DNA of 63,623 bases, the filler included, from Octopus bimaculoides (Eukaryota), in the NCBI RefSeq assembly GCF_001194135.2. It is 5 parts of 5 records of this genome, joined end to end, with 100 filler letters (N's around TTAATTAATTAA, not from the genome) between each part and the next. Parts side by side here need not be neighbours in the genome. Positions count along the whole stretch, not along the records: positions 55,980 to 63,623 come from NW_026367743.1; 4 more parts are not named here. The stretch is one strand, 5' to 3'. Under the pieces are notes generated by a model. That model was not told where the DNA came from. It searched no databases and worked only from the letters and a program-made list of their open reading frames with translations. Positions 63,176 through 63,623 of the stretch are shown one piece after another (the first letter of the stretch is position 1; the number at the start of each line of letters is the position of its first letter). The position numbers were made by a program, and so were the translations under genes.

Positions 63176-63352
63176 TTGCCCACTCTTTTTATATATATAA
63201 TAATGAATGCATAAAGCCGTATGTATGTGATGTAAGGATAAGGGTGCATAAATATGTGTACGTCAGCATGTGTTTGTGAATTCAATCTTGTGTATATGCA
63301 TACCTGTATGCATATACATATCAAACACGTGATATATGCATATTTATATGTT

Positions 63353-63393
<41 letters not shown>

Positions 63394-63623
63394 ACATGCA
63401 TACATATATATGGAAGTATATAAGTGTGAATGGATGGGTTGATGTATGTACGTACGTATGTATGTATGTATGTATGTATGTATGTATGTATGTATGTGTT
63501 CATGATGAAGGTGAATGACCTGGCAATGAAGGCGCTTCATGTATTACGTATATAGAAGAACTTTGATTCTTGACTTCATCCTTATCAGCATACCGCCATG
63601 GTGAGAACAAAAATATAGCACAG

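Overview
Eukaryotic, AT-rich, microsatellite-dense genomic DNA from a gapped draft assembly. The repeat repertoire and a Cys-loop receptor exon suggest a cephalopod such as Octopus; this is inferred from recognised repeat types, not from a search. Only one host-gene segment is supported: the last coding exon of a nicotinic acetylcholine receptor-like subunit on the minus strand (38399->37160). Its M3-M4 intracellular loop carries a very long His/Gly-rich insert interrupted by an assembly gap. Most other interpretable sequence is transposon-derived: Penelope-like elements, a near full-length but broken RLE-type non-LTR element (HERO/NeSL-like), CR1, RTE, Tx1 and R4-type LINE pieces, Ty3/Gypsy remnants, Tc1/mariner, piggyBac and several SINE families. 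The most striking sequence-level discoveries are (i) five tandem, covarying hairpins with a shared GAAAGA-type loop in the 5' UTR of the RLE element, which also has a copy of its own 3' end joined directly upstream, and (ii) six minimal hammerhead ribozyme motifs, two with complete cores and stems, at Penelope-type termini. Most ORFs in the supplied track are artefacts of microsatellites or N runs. All alignments and folds were done by eye.
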